From Haloferax volcanii DS2 (GTDB lineage: Archaea; Halobacteriota; Halobacteria; Halobacteriales; Haloferacaceae): a stretch of 32,000 nt of DNA. Positions 7,665 to 15,213 of the stretch are shown in pieces. Position numbers and translations under genes: made by a program. The notes beneath the pieces were generated by a model, which was not told the origin of the DNA, made no database searches, and saw only the letters and a program-made list of their open reading frames with translations. The stretch covers positions 2,430,001-2,462,000 of the forward strand of contig NC_013967.1 in the NCBI RefSeq assembly GCF_000025685.1. Direction: 5' to 3'. The first letter of the stretch is position 1. The number at the start of each line of letters is the position of its first letter.

Positions 7665-8225
7665 ATGGACAGCGTACGGCGCGCCGAACACCCCGGTCAG
7701 CACGTCGAGCAGCGGGCAACGATGAGCCACTCGAAGCTCGCGCGCGAGCCGTGGCTGTGGGCGTTCGTCGGCGTCTGGGCCGCGGTCGTCAGCGCGCTCC
7801 ACTTCGGCGGGCTCGCGTACGACATCTACACGCGTATCTGGTGGTGGGACGTGCTCACCCACTCCTTTTCGGGCTTCGGCGTCGCGGGCGTGTTGTTCCT
7901 CGTGTTCCCGCAGACGTTCCGCGGCGCTCGCGCCCCGGCGGTCGTCGCGGCCACTCTCCTCGCCCTCGGCGCGGGGTTCGAGGTGTACGAGTACCTGTTC
8001 AAGGACTTCTGGTGGGGCTGGTCGATGACCTACTACGCCGAAGACACCGCGATAGACCTCGTGGTCAACGTGGCCGGCGGTCTCGGCTTTTTCGCCTTCG
8101 TCGAAGGTATCTTCTGGTCGCGGGGGCAGGCGGACGCCCGCCGCGGCGACTCGCCGCCGCGCTCAGCTCACGTCCGCTCGGACGGCGGCGAGACGCCGGA
8201 CGACGACCGCCGCTCGAACCGCTGA
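7665..8225 (+). CDS. uncharacterised polytopic membrane protein, WWWD-motif family, paralog 1
   Basis: 186-aa ORF; an alternative start MSHSK lies at 7722. About 4 predicted TM helices. Conserved strings YTRIWWWDVLTH, SGFGVAG, FEVYEYLF and YAEDTAIDLV are shared with the next gene. TATA-like TTTATCA at 7594-7600. Confidence 0.7.
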   Translation: MDSVRRAEHPGQHVEQRATMSHSKLAREPWLWAFVGVWAAVVSALHFGGLAYDIYTRIWWWDVLTHSFSGFGVAGVLFLVFPQTFRGARAPAVVAATLLALGAGFEVYEYLFKDFWWGWSMTYYAEDTAIDLVVNVAGGLGFFAFVEGIFWSRGQADARRGDSPPRSAHVRSDGGETPDDDRRSNR

Positions 8226-8249
8226 CTCGACCGCGATGCCCCCGTCGGC

Positions 8250-8266
8250 GGGGTTAATTTAACCCC
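8250..8266. promoter_or_regulatory. inverted repeat GGGGTTAA-T-TTAACCCC between the two WWWD paralogs (terminator hairpin and/or TATA-containing operator)
   Basis: 8-bp arms with a 1-nt centre, read directly. It lies 25 nt after the stop of paralog 1 and has an AT-rich core, TTAATTTAA. Confidence 0.3.
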
Positions 8267-8408
8267 AAACGTGTTGCTCCGTCGAGATAACGTACATATC
8301 GATGATGTCCTATCTCTCGTCTATGCGTCCGCTCGCAGGAGATACGGCACAGCACCCCGCCACCGCAGTCGACCCGCCCCGTCTACCGCCTCGTCTATCG
8401 ACCCGCGC

Positions 8409-8864
8409 ATGCTGAGACGAACGCTGAACGAGACGGTGTTGGCCGGCTGGGAAGAACGCCCCCGAGAGATGGCTGCCATCGCCGTGTTCGGGAGCGTCGT
8501 CACCGTGACGCACTTCACGAGCATGGCGCTGTTTCTCTACACGCGCATCTGGTGGTGGGACATTCTCGTCCACGCCGCCTCCGGGCTCGGCGTCGCGGCG
8601 ATTCTCTACGTCCTCAATCCCCGCCTGCTCCACTCGCGGCTCGCGCTCCTCGTCGTCCTCCCGATGGCCGTCGCCGCGATCGGGACGTGGTTCGAGGTGT
8701 ACGAGCGGCTCTTCACCGGCTTTTGGGTCGAGTGGCCCCGCTCGGTCTACCTGGAAGACACGGCCGTCGATATCGTCGCCGACACCGCCGGCGCGGTCGT
8801 CTTCGGCGTCGTCAGACCGCTGTGGAACCGGATTCGTCGCTGGCGGGACCCGAATCGACTGTAA
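8409..8864 (+). CDS. uncharacterised polytopic membrane protein, WWWD-motif family, paralog 2
   Basis: The track ORF starts at GTG 8271, but the first 46 codons are basic and non-halophilic. The ATG at 8409 gives MLRRTLNETVLAGWEERPRE..., 151 aa. It shares YTRIWWWDILVH, SGLGVAA, FEVYERLF and YLEDTAVDIV with paralog 1. Confidence 0.7.
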   Translation: MLRRTLNETVLAGWEERPREMAAIAVFGSVVTVTHFTSMALFLYTRIWWWDILVHAASGLGVAAILYVLNPRLLHSRLALLVVLPMAVAAIGTWFEVYERLFTGFWVEWPRSVYLEDTAVDIVADTAGAVVFGVVRPLWNRIRRWRDPNRL

Positions 8865-8940
8865 GCGGCGCGAAACGAGTGCGGCGTCGGTGCCGCGAGA
8901 GAGAAGTTGTGTGGTCGCTTACGCGAGTTCGTGAATGTAT

Positions 8941-8961
8941 CCAGAAATCGAAGATTTCTGG
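8941..8961. terminator. hairpin CCAGAAATC-GAA-GATTTCTGG between convergent genes (icd 3-prime end)
   Basis: 9-bp perfect stem with a 3-nt loop, 18 nt downstream of the icd stop codon on the minus strand. Confidence 0.4.
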
Positions 8962-8978
8962 CTGCTCAGAGAGTTGCC

Positions 8979-10238
8979 TTAAGCTAACTCTTTGATGTTC
9001 TCGACGACCTTGTCGGCGTACTCGCTCGTGGCGAGCTTGTTGCCGCCCTCGATCTGGCGTTCGAGGTCGTAGGTCACGTCGCCGTCCGAGATGGTCTTCT
9101 CGACGGCGTCGCGGATGAGCTTACCGGCGTCCTTCCAGCCCATGTACTCGAACATGAGACGGCCGGAGAGAATCATCGCGGTCGGGTTGACCTTGTCCTC
9201 GCCGGCGTACTTGGGTGCGGAGCCGTGGACGGGCTCTGCGAGACAGAGGCCCTCACCGAAGTTCGCACCGGGGGCGATGCCGAGGCCGCCAATCTGCGCG
9301 CCGGCGGCGTCGGACATGTAGTCGCCGTTGAGGTTCATCGTGGCGATGACATCGTAGTCGGCGGTGCGGGTGAGAAGCTGCTGGAGCATGTTGTCGGCGA
9401 TGCGGTCCTTGACAACGACCTTGTCCTCGGGACGCTCGCCGTCGTACTCTTCCCACAGTTCGTCTTCGGTGATGGTGACGTCGCCGAACTCCTCTTCTGC
9501 GAGTTCGTAGCCCCAGTCACGGAAGGCACCCTCGGTGAACTTCATGATGTTGCCCTTGTGGACGAGCGTGACCGACGGGCGGTCGTTTTCGAGGGCGTAC
9601 TCGATAGCCTCGCGGACGAGGCGCTTCGTCCCGAACTCGGTGATGGGCTTGATGCCGATGCCGACGGGACCGTCGTGGATGACGCCGTCCGCGCCCATCT
9701 CTTCTTCGACGAACTCCTTGACCTTCTGGACCTCGTCGGTGCCGGCTTCCCACTCGATGCCGGCGTACACGTCTTCGGTGTTCTCGCGGAACGTGACCAT
9801 GTCCATCGCCGAGGGGTTCTTCACGGGCGACGGGACGCCGTCGAGGTGGTAGGTCGGGCGGACGTTCGCGTAGAGGTCGAGCTTCTTGCGGAGCGCGACG
9901 TTGAGCGAGCGGAAGCCGGCACCGACGGGTGTCGTGAGCGGGCCCTTGATTGCGACGCGGTGGTTGCGGATGGCGCTTACCGTGTCCTCCGGGAGGTTCT
10001 CGTCGTACTTGTCGCGGGCGGACGAACCGGCGTAGACGCGCATCCAAGAGACAGAGCGGCCGGTCGCCTCGGCGGCGGCGTCGAGGACCTTCTGTGCGGC
10101 GGGGCCGACGTCCGTTCCGATTCCGTCGCCGTGGATGATCGGAATAATCGGGTTGTCGGGGACGGAGAGCTCGCCCGTCTCCTCGTCGACCGTGATTTTC
10201 TCGCCGTCGTCCGGAACCTCAATCTGGTCGTAGCTCAT
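8979..10238 (-). CDS. icd: isocitrate dehydrogenase (NADP)
   Basis: The ORF track starts at MFMSYDQ (10244). MSYDQIEVPDDGEKITVD from the ATG at 10238 gives 419 aa, matching my recollection of Haloferax volcanii ICDH. Typical IDH strings are present (GPLTTPVGAGFRSLNVALR, NLNGDYMSD). A TATA-like CTTTTACA lies upstream on the minus strand. Confidence 0.97.
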   Translation of the reverse strand: MSYDQIEVPDDGEKITVDEETGELSVPDNPIIPIIHGDGIGTDVGPAAQKVLDAAAEATGRSVSWMRVYAGSSARDKYDENLPEDTVSAIRNHRVAIKGPLTTPVGAGFRSLNVALRKKLDLYANVRPTYHLDGVPSPVKNPSAMDMVTFRENTEDVYAGIEWEAGTDEVQKVKEFVEEEMGADGVIHDGPVGIGIKPITEFGTKRLVREAIEYALENDRPSVTLVHKGNIMKFTEGAFRDWGYELAEEEFGDVTITEDELWEEYDGERPEDKVVVKDRIADNMLQQLLTRTADYDVIATMNLNGDYMSDAAGAQIGGLGIAPGANFGEGLCLAEPVHGSAPKYAGEDKVNPTAMILSGRLMFEYMGWKDAGKLIRDAVEKTISDGDVTYDLERQIEGGNKLATSEYADKVVENIKELA

Positions 10239-10356
10239 GAACATTTTGGGTTTTCCAGTGCGGTGTAAAAGTCCTGCCGTTATCGACGGCGAAGTGCAAG
10301 TATCGCTCTATTCGTCGGTCGATACGTTTAGGACCGCGCTCCGAAGACACTCTCGT

Positions 10357-11385
10357 ATGCGAATTATCCTCCACGGCGGTGCCGGCGGCATCCCCGGCGA
10401 ACCGGAACCCAGACAGGCCGTCCTGGACGACGCGGCCGACGCGGGCGCGAGCGAACCCGACCCGCTTTCGGCGGTCGAGACCGCAGTCCGCGTCCTCGAA
10501 TCGGACCACCGGTTCAACGCGGGCGTCGGCGGCGCGGTCCAGTCCGACGGCGTCGTCCGCACCGACGCGGGCGTCATGCTGAGCGACCGACGCGCCGGCG
10601 CGGCCTCCGGCATGGAGGGCGTCGAACACGCCGTCTCCGTCGCGCGCGCGGTCCTCGAAGACACCCCGCACGTCCTCCTGACGGGCGAGCCGGCGGTCGA
10701 CTTCGCCGCCGACGCGGGCGTCGAGACCGGCGTCGACCTCTTCACCGACGAGACCCGCGAGCGCTGGGCGAACGCGGACGCGCCCGAGGGCTCGCCCAGC
10801 GAACACCTCGCGTGGCTGGCCGACCGATTCGGCGGTAGCACGAGCGACCCGACGGCCGAGGCGGGCGACGGTTATCTGCCGGCGCACGACAGTTCCGAGG
10901 AGACCTCGGCAGGCAGTGGCCGCTCGGCTCACGACGTTCGCCTGCCCGGCCACGACAATTCTGAGGGAACCTCAGCAAGCAGTGACCGCTCGGCTCACGA
11001 TGTTCGCCTTCCCGGTCACGACACGGTCGGGGCGGTCGCCACCGACGGCGAGACGTTCGCCTCCGCGACCTCGACCGGCGGCCGCTGGTTCGCTCTCGCG
11101 GGTCGCGTCGGCGACGTGCCGCAAATCGGCTCGGGCTTCTACGCCTCCCCGGCCGGCGGCGCGTCGACCACGGGAGCGGGCGAAGACATCGCGCGCGTGA
11201 CGCTCGCGCGCCGCGCCGTCGGCCACCTCGAGCGGGGCTGCGACGCCCAGACCGCGGCCGACCTCGCCATCGAGGAGTTCGGCGAACTCACCGGGTCGTC
11301 GGCGGGGATCATCCTCCTCGACGACGAGGGCTTCGGCTCGGCGTACAACTCCGACGGGATGCAGACCAGCACCGCGTCGAAGTAG
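10357..11385 (+). CDS. isoaspartyl peptidase / L-asparaginase (plant-type, Ntn-hydrolase family)
   Basis: ATG at 10357 gives MRIILHGGAGG..., 342 aa. FNAGVGG, the autoprocessing site GHD-TVGAVA and TSTGG...GRVGDVPQIGSGFYA...TGAGEDI are all present. TATA-like GTTTAGG lies about 30 nt upstream. The track ORF start (10237) overlaps icd and is rejected. Confidence 0.85.
   Translation: MRIILHGGAGGIPGEPEPRQAVLDDAADAGASEPDPLSAVETAVRVLESDHRFNAGVGGAVQSDGVVRTDAGVMLSDRRAGAASGMEGVEHAVSVARAVLEDTPHVLLTGEPAVDFAADAGVETGVDLFTDETRERWANADAPEGSPSEHLAWLADRFGGSTSDPTAEAGDGYLPAHDSSEETSAGSGRSAHDVRLPGHDNSEGTSASSDRSAHDVRLPGHDTVGAVATDGETFASATSTGGRWFALAGRVGDVPQIGSGFYASPAGGASTTGAGEDIARVTLARRAVGHLERGCDAQTAADLAIEEFGELTGSSAGIILLDDEGFGSAYNSDGMQTSTASK
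10885..11016 (+). repeat. imperfect 66-bp (22-codon) tandem duplication inside the asparaginase gene
   Basis: Unit 1 (10885-10950) encodes HDSSEETSAGSGRSAHDVRLPG and unit 2 (10951-11016) encodes HDNSEGTSASSDRSAHDVRLPG. I count 10 nucleotide differences out of 66, 9 of them transitions (one G/T transversion). Both units and the following catalytic HDTVG start with CACGACA. Confidence 0.85.
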
Positions 11386-11470
11386 TCTCAATCGAGCGTC
11401 TGCGACCGCTCGCCCGGCCGCGCCGGCGGTCGCCGCCACGGTTTACTCGGTTCGGTCCTTGCAGTTCCCC

Positions 11471-12406
11471 ATGAGCGATTGGACCGCGGCCGACGCCCCC
11501 GACCTCTCGGGGAAGACCGTCATCGTCACCGGCGCGAACAGCGGCCTCGGCTTCGAAGCGACGCGCGCGTTCGCCGAGAAGGGCGCGCACGTCGTCATGG
11601 CCTGCCGGAGCCTCGACCGCGGCGAGGACGCGATGGCCGACATCCGCGACTCGGTGCCGGCGGCCTCGCTGACCCTCTCGGAACTCGACCTCGCCGACCT
11701 CGACTCCGTCCGGCGGTTCGCCGACGAGTTCGCCGCCGAACACGGGTCGCTACACGTCCTCTGCAACAACGCCGGCGTGATGGCGATTCCCCGGCGGGAG
11801 ACCGCACAGGGCTTCGAGACGCAGTTCGGCGTGAACCACCTCGGTCACTTCGTCCTGAGCGCCCGCCTGTTTCCGACGCTCCGCGACACGCCCGGCGAGA
11901 CGCGACTCGTCGCGATGTCGAGCGGCCTCCACGAGCGCGGCCGGATGGAGTTCGACGACCTGCAAGGCGAACGCGACTACGACGAGTGGGACGCCTACGC
12001 CCAGAGCAAGCTCTCGAACCTGCTTTTCGCGTTCGAACTCGACCGCCGGCTGACCGCCGCGGGCATCGACGACGTGCTGAGCGTGGGCGCGCACCCCGGG
12101 TACGCGGCCACGAACCTCCAGTTCCGCGGCCCCGAGGCCTCCGGGTCGACGCTCCGGTATTGGATGAGCAAGCTCGGCAACGCGATATTCGCCCAGTCGG
12201 CCGAGATGGGCGCGCTCCCGCTCCTGTACGCTGCCACGTCGCCGGCCGTCGAAAGCGGGGAGTACGTCGGCCCGCAGGGGCTGTTCGGCATGCGCGGCAC
12301 CCCCGGCATCGCGGAGCCGAGCGACCGCGCCAGAGACCCCGAGACCGCCGCCCGGCTCTGGGACGTGTCGGAGGAGCTCACCGACACGCGGTTCCGGCTG
12401 GCCTGA
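11471..12406 (+). CDS. short-chain dehydrogenase/reductase (classical SDR, retinol-dehydrogenase-like)
   Basis: The ATG at 11471 (MSDWTAAD) is preferred over the TTG at 11459. TGANSGLG, NNAG and YAQSK motifs are present. TATA-like GGTTTAC lies about 28 nt upstream. Confidence 0.85.
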   Translation: MSDWTAADAPDLSGKTVIVTGANSGLGFEATRAFAEKGAHVVMACRSLDRGEDAMADIRDSVPAASLTLSELDLADLDSVRRFADEFAAEHGSLHVLCNNAGVMAIPRRETAQGFETQFGVNHLGHFVLSARLFPTLRDTPGETRLVAMSSGLHERGRMEFDDLQGERDYDEWDAYAQSKLSNLLFAFELDRRLTAAGIDDVLSVGAHPGYAATNLQFRGPEASGSTLRYWMSKLGNAIFAQSAEMGALPLLYAATSPAVESGEYVGPQGLFGMRGTPGIAEPSDRARDPETAARLWDVSEELTDTRFRLA

Positions 12407-12460
12407 TTCACCACCTGTCTCGGACGAGCGCCGGGAGGCGAGACGGCCAAATACTGCGGC

Positions 12461-12904
12461 GTGCTATCTACTCCCGTGACCGAATCAACGCCGACAATCA
12501 CCCGGAGCGTCGCCGACGCTCTCGTCTCCACCTGCCGAACGACCCTCGAGGACTCCCTGCGGAGCGTCGTCCACTTCACCCGCGACGACTTCGACGTGCT
12601 GTATGTCCGACGGAACCTCCACGACGGCGACGAGGCCGCGGCGCGCGCAGCGAGCGCCGGACTCGTCGAGAGCGAGCGCACCGGATTCGGCCCGCGAGAG
12701 ACCTACAACGCCGGCGCGACCGGCGCGACCTCCGACTTCGGCGAGTACGAGTTCACCCTGCGCGTCTTCTCGGACGGCTTCGTCGGCCGCGTCGTGGGCG
12801 GCGACCGCGGCGTCATCGTCACCACCGACGAACTCGAACTCTCGGAGTTCGAGGAGATGGAAGTCGCGCTCCGCCGGATGCTCGAAACGACCACCGCCGG
12901 GTGA
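12461..12904 (+). CDS. hypothetical acidic protein (no domain recognised)
   Basis: 147-aa ORF with a GTG start; an alternative GTG at 12476 fits the AAATAC box spacing better. Composition is halophile-like and it occupies a clean intergenic slot, e.g. FTRDDFDVLYVRRNLH...GEYEFTLRVFSDGFVGRVVGGDRGVIVTTDELELSEFEEMEVALRRML. Confidence 0.55.
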   Translation: MLSTPVTESTPTITRSVADALVSTCRTTLEDSLRSVVHFTRDDFDVLYVRRNLHDGDEAAARAASAGLVESERTGFGPRETYNAGATGATSDFGEYEFTLRVFSDGFVGRVVGGDRGVIVTTDELELSEFEEMEVALRRMLETTTAG

Positions 12905-12971
12905 ACCGACTCGCCGGCGGGCGTGACGACTCCTCGAGCGCTGTCGGTCTCGTTGGTCGGTCGTCCGGTGT

Positions 12972-13604
12972 CTACACTCCCTCGACGAGTCGCTCTAGCT
13001 GCTCCGGCGGCACCGCTCCTCGCGCGGCGTAGCCCTCGTACGCGAAGGTTGGGACACCGGTGACGCCGTGCTGCTGGGCCTCACTGAATCGTTCGCGCAC
13101 TTCGGCCCGAAGCGTTTCGTCGTCGAGCGCGGACGCGACTTCCTCGCCGTCGATGCCCACCGATTCGGCGAGTTCGACGAGCACCGCCTCGTCGCCGATG
13201 TCTTTGCCGTCCTGCCAGAGCGCCTCGAAGACCGACTCGTCGAACGCGAGCCACGTCTCGTAGTCGGCGTGTCCCTTCAGGTAGTACGAGACGATTTGCG
13301 CCGGCAGCGAGTCAACGTCGGTCCCGAGGTCAAGCGTCATCTCGACGTCGTACCGTTCTTGTAACCGACGGACCCCCTGCTTCGCTTGCTCGTAGTAGTC
13401 TTCGTCTTTTCCGTCGTCGACCGAGAAGTCGATGCTTCCGTCGGGGCGGCGCTTCTGACTCCGCAGGTCGAACGGATGCCAGTCGATATCGAGTTCCTCG
13501 TCTCTCGTCTCTTGATACTGCGACAGGGACTGCCTCCCGAGGTAGCAAAAGGGACACACGTAGTCCGAGTAGACCGTTATCGCCTGGTCGGCGTCTGAAC
13601 TCAT
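12972..13604 (-). CDS. DsbA/FrnE-like thiol-disulfide oxidoreductase
   Basis: 210 aa. N-terminal ITVYSDYVCPFCYLG carries the CPFC redox motif, and the C-terminal GVTGVPTF is typical of the DsbA_FrnE family. Confidence 0.8.
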   Translation of the reverse strand: MSSDADQAITVYSDYVCPFCYLGRQSLSQYQETRDEELDIDWHPFDLRSQKRRPDGSIDFSVDDGKDEDYYEQAKQGVRRLQERYDVEMTLDLGTDVDSLPAQIVSYYLKGHADYETWLAFDESVFEALWQDGKDIGDEAVLVELAESVGIDGEEVASALDDETLRAEVRERFSEAQQHGVTGVPTFAYEGYAARGAVPPEQLERLVEGV

Positions 13605-13719
13605 GCGTATTTGTCTCTCCTACGGTTACAAAAACGGCGCGGTCGCGGGCGACCAGTTCGAATGCCGACGCTACTGAGTTGCAGAGAGCGAACGGCCGCG
13701 AGGAGAGTAGCCGACCGCC

Positions 13720-14037
13720 TCAGCGTCCGAACAGACGCTGCCTGAGGCTTCGGTCGGTGGCGCGCTCCACCAAGAGAACCGCGTGGTCGGTGTCGTTGAC
13801 CACGTCGAGGTGCAGCGAGTCGGTCAGGAGTCGAGTGAGAAGGCCCCGTTCGGTCGCTCCCATCAGCACCATCGAGTGGCTGTCGGCCCGGTCGGCGATG
13901 GCTCGTTCGATGTCGCCGGAATCGTCGACGATTCGCGCCGCGTCCTGCAGGCCGTGTTCGGTCGCCCAGTCGGAGAGGAACGCCTCGCCCCGTTCGCGGT
14001 CGTGTCGTTCATACGAGACGATACGCTCGAGTCGGGC
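13720..14037 (-). pseudogene. universal stress protein (UspA-domain) C-terminal fragment without a usable start codon
   Basis: Not in the ORF track. Own translation of the minus frame between TAA (14038-14040) and TGA (13720-13722): ARLERIVSYERHDRERGEAFLSDWATEHGLQDAARIVDDSGDIERAIADRADSHSMVLMGATERGLLTRLLTDSLHLDVVNDTDHAVLLVERATDRSLRQRLFGR. This is the USP C-terminal two-thirds (G-D-I..AI.....D..VMG..G......LGS-like). There is no ATG/GTG/TTG before the internal HSMVLMG. Confidence 0.45.
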
Positions 14038-14151
14038 TTAGACCTGTCTCGACCCGTCGCTTCGCGTGAATTCGTAGTCCGCTCGTTCTGATGGTCATGA
14101 CTTACACAATTAATGTTAATAGTTCTACGAGAGTACACCCGGACGCCAACC

Positions 14152-15213
14152 ATGGTGAGTGTTACCGACCTACAGACGATGTACGAGCAGATGGTGACCG
14201 CTCGGCACTACGAGGAGCGACTAGTGGACGAGTACCTCGTCGGCAAACAGCCGGCGTTCGACATCTCGGCGGGGCCGATTCCCGGCGAACTGCACCTCGC
14301 GGCCGGCCACGAGGCGTCCGGGGCGGGCGTCTGCATGCACCTCCGCGACGACGACACGGTGACCGCGCCGCACCGACCGCACCACATCGCCATCGCGAAG
14401 GGCGTCGACCTCAAGCGCATGACGGCCGAGATTTTCGGCCGGAAGACGGGGCTGTGCCGCGGGAAGGGCGGCCACATGCACCTGTTCGACCCCGACGTGA
14501 ACTTCGCGTGTGCGGGCATCATCGCGCAGGGCTGTCCGCCGGCGGTCGGCGCGGCGATGGCCGCGAAAAAGCGGAACACCGACTCGGTCGCCGTCGCCTT
14601 CCTCGGCGAGGGCGCTATCGACCAGGGCGGCTTCCTCGAATCGCTGAACCTCGCGGCGGTCCACGACCTCCCGGTCGTCTTCGTCGTCGAGGACAACGAC
14701 TGGGCCATCAGCATGCCGAAAGACCGCGTGACCGACGTGCAGAACGGCGCACAGCGCGCCGCCGGCTTCGACCTGCCGGGCGTCCGCATCGACTCCGACG
14801 ACGCCACGGCGGTCTACGAGGCCGCGGGCGAGGCCGTGATGCGCGCCCGCGACGGCAACGGGCCGACGCTCATCGAGGTGCAGGTCCACCGCCGGATGGG
14901 TCACTTCATGGGCGACGCCGAGGCGTACCGCCCGGAGGCCGACATCGACCGCGCGAAACAGCGCGACTCCATCGAGCGACTCGCCGCGGACCTCCGCTCG
15001 CACGGCGTGACCGACGACGACATCGACGAGATGCGGGAGCGCGCCCACGGGCGGGTCGAGGCGGCGATTTCGTGGGCGAAAGAACAGCCCGAACCCGAGC
15101 CGGCGGAGGCGTACGAGAACGTGTTCACGAACCCGCCGGCGCAGGCGGCGACCGACGGCGGGAGCGCGGCAGACGCGCCGGGCGACGCCGGCGAGACGGG
15201 AGGCGACAACTGA
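14152..15213 (+). CDS. 2-oxoacid dehydrogenase E1 component, alpha subunit (TPP-dependent, acetoin-dehydrogenase-like)
   Basis: The ATG at 14152 (MVSVTDLQTMYEQMV) is preferred because the track start at 14113 lies inside the AT-rich TATA region CACAATTAATGTTAATAG. TPP motif GEGAIDQGGFLESLNLAAVHDLPVVFVVEDN and GKGGHMHLFD are present. Confidence 0.9.
   Translation: MVSVTDLQTMYEQMVTARHYEERLVDEYLVGKQPAFDISAGPIPGELHLAAGHEASGAGVCMHLRDDDTVTAPHRPHHIAIAKGVDLKRMTAEIFGRKTGLCRGKGGHMHLFDPDVNFACAGIIAQGCPPAVGAAMAAKKRNTDSVAVAFLGEGAIDQGGFLESLNLAAVHDLPVVFVVEDNDWAISMPKDRVTDVQNGAQRAAGFDLPGVRIDSDDATAVYEAAGEAVMRARDGNGPTLIEVQVHRRMGHFMGDAEAYRPEADIDRAKQRDSIERLAADLRSHGVTDDDIDEMRERAHGRVEAAISWAKEQPEPEPAEAYENVFTNPPAQAATDGGSAADAPGDAGETGGDN

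Noticed and set aside
14113-14151. Upstream ATG (14113) as the E1alpha start, adding MLIVLREYTRTPT
   Set aside because: That ATG sits inside the AT-rich TATA-like stretch CACAATTAATGTTAATAG. The added residues are basic/hydrophobic and absent from E1alpha N-termini as I know them. The ATG at 14152 has proper leaderless spacing.
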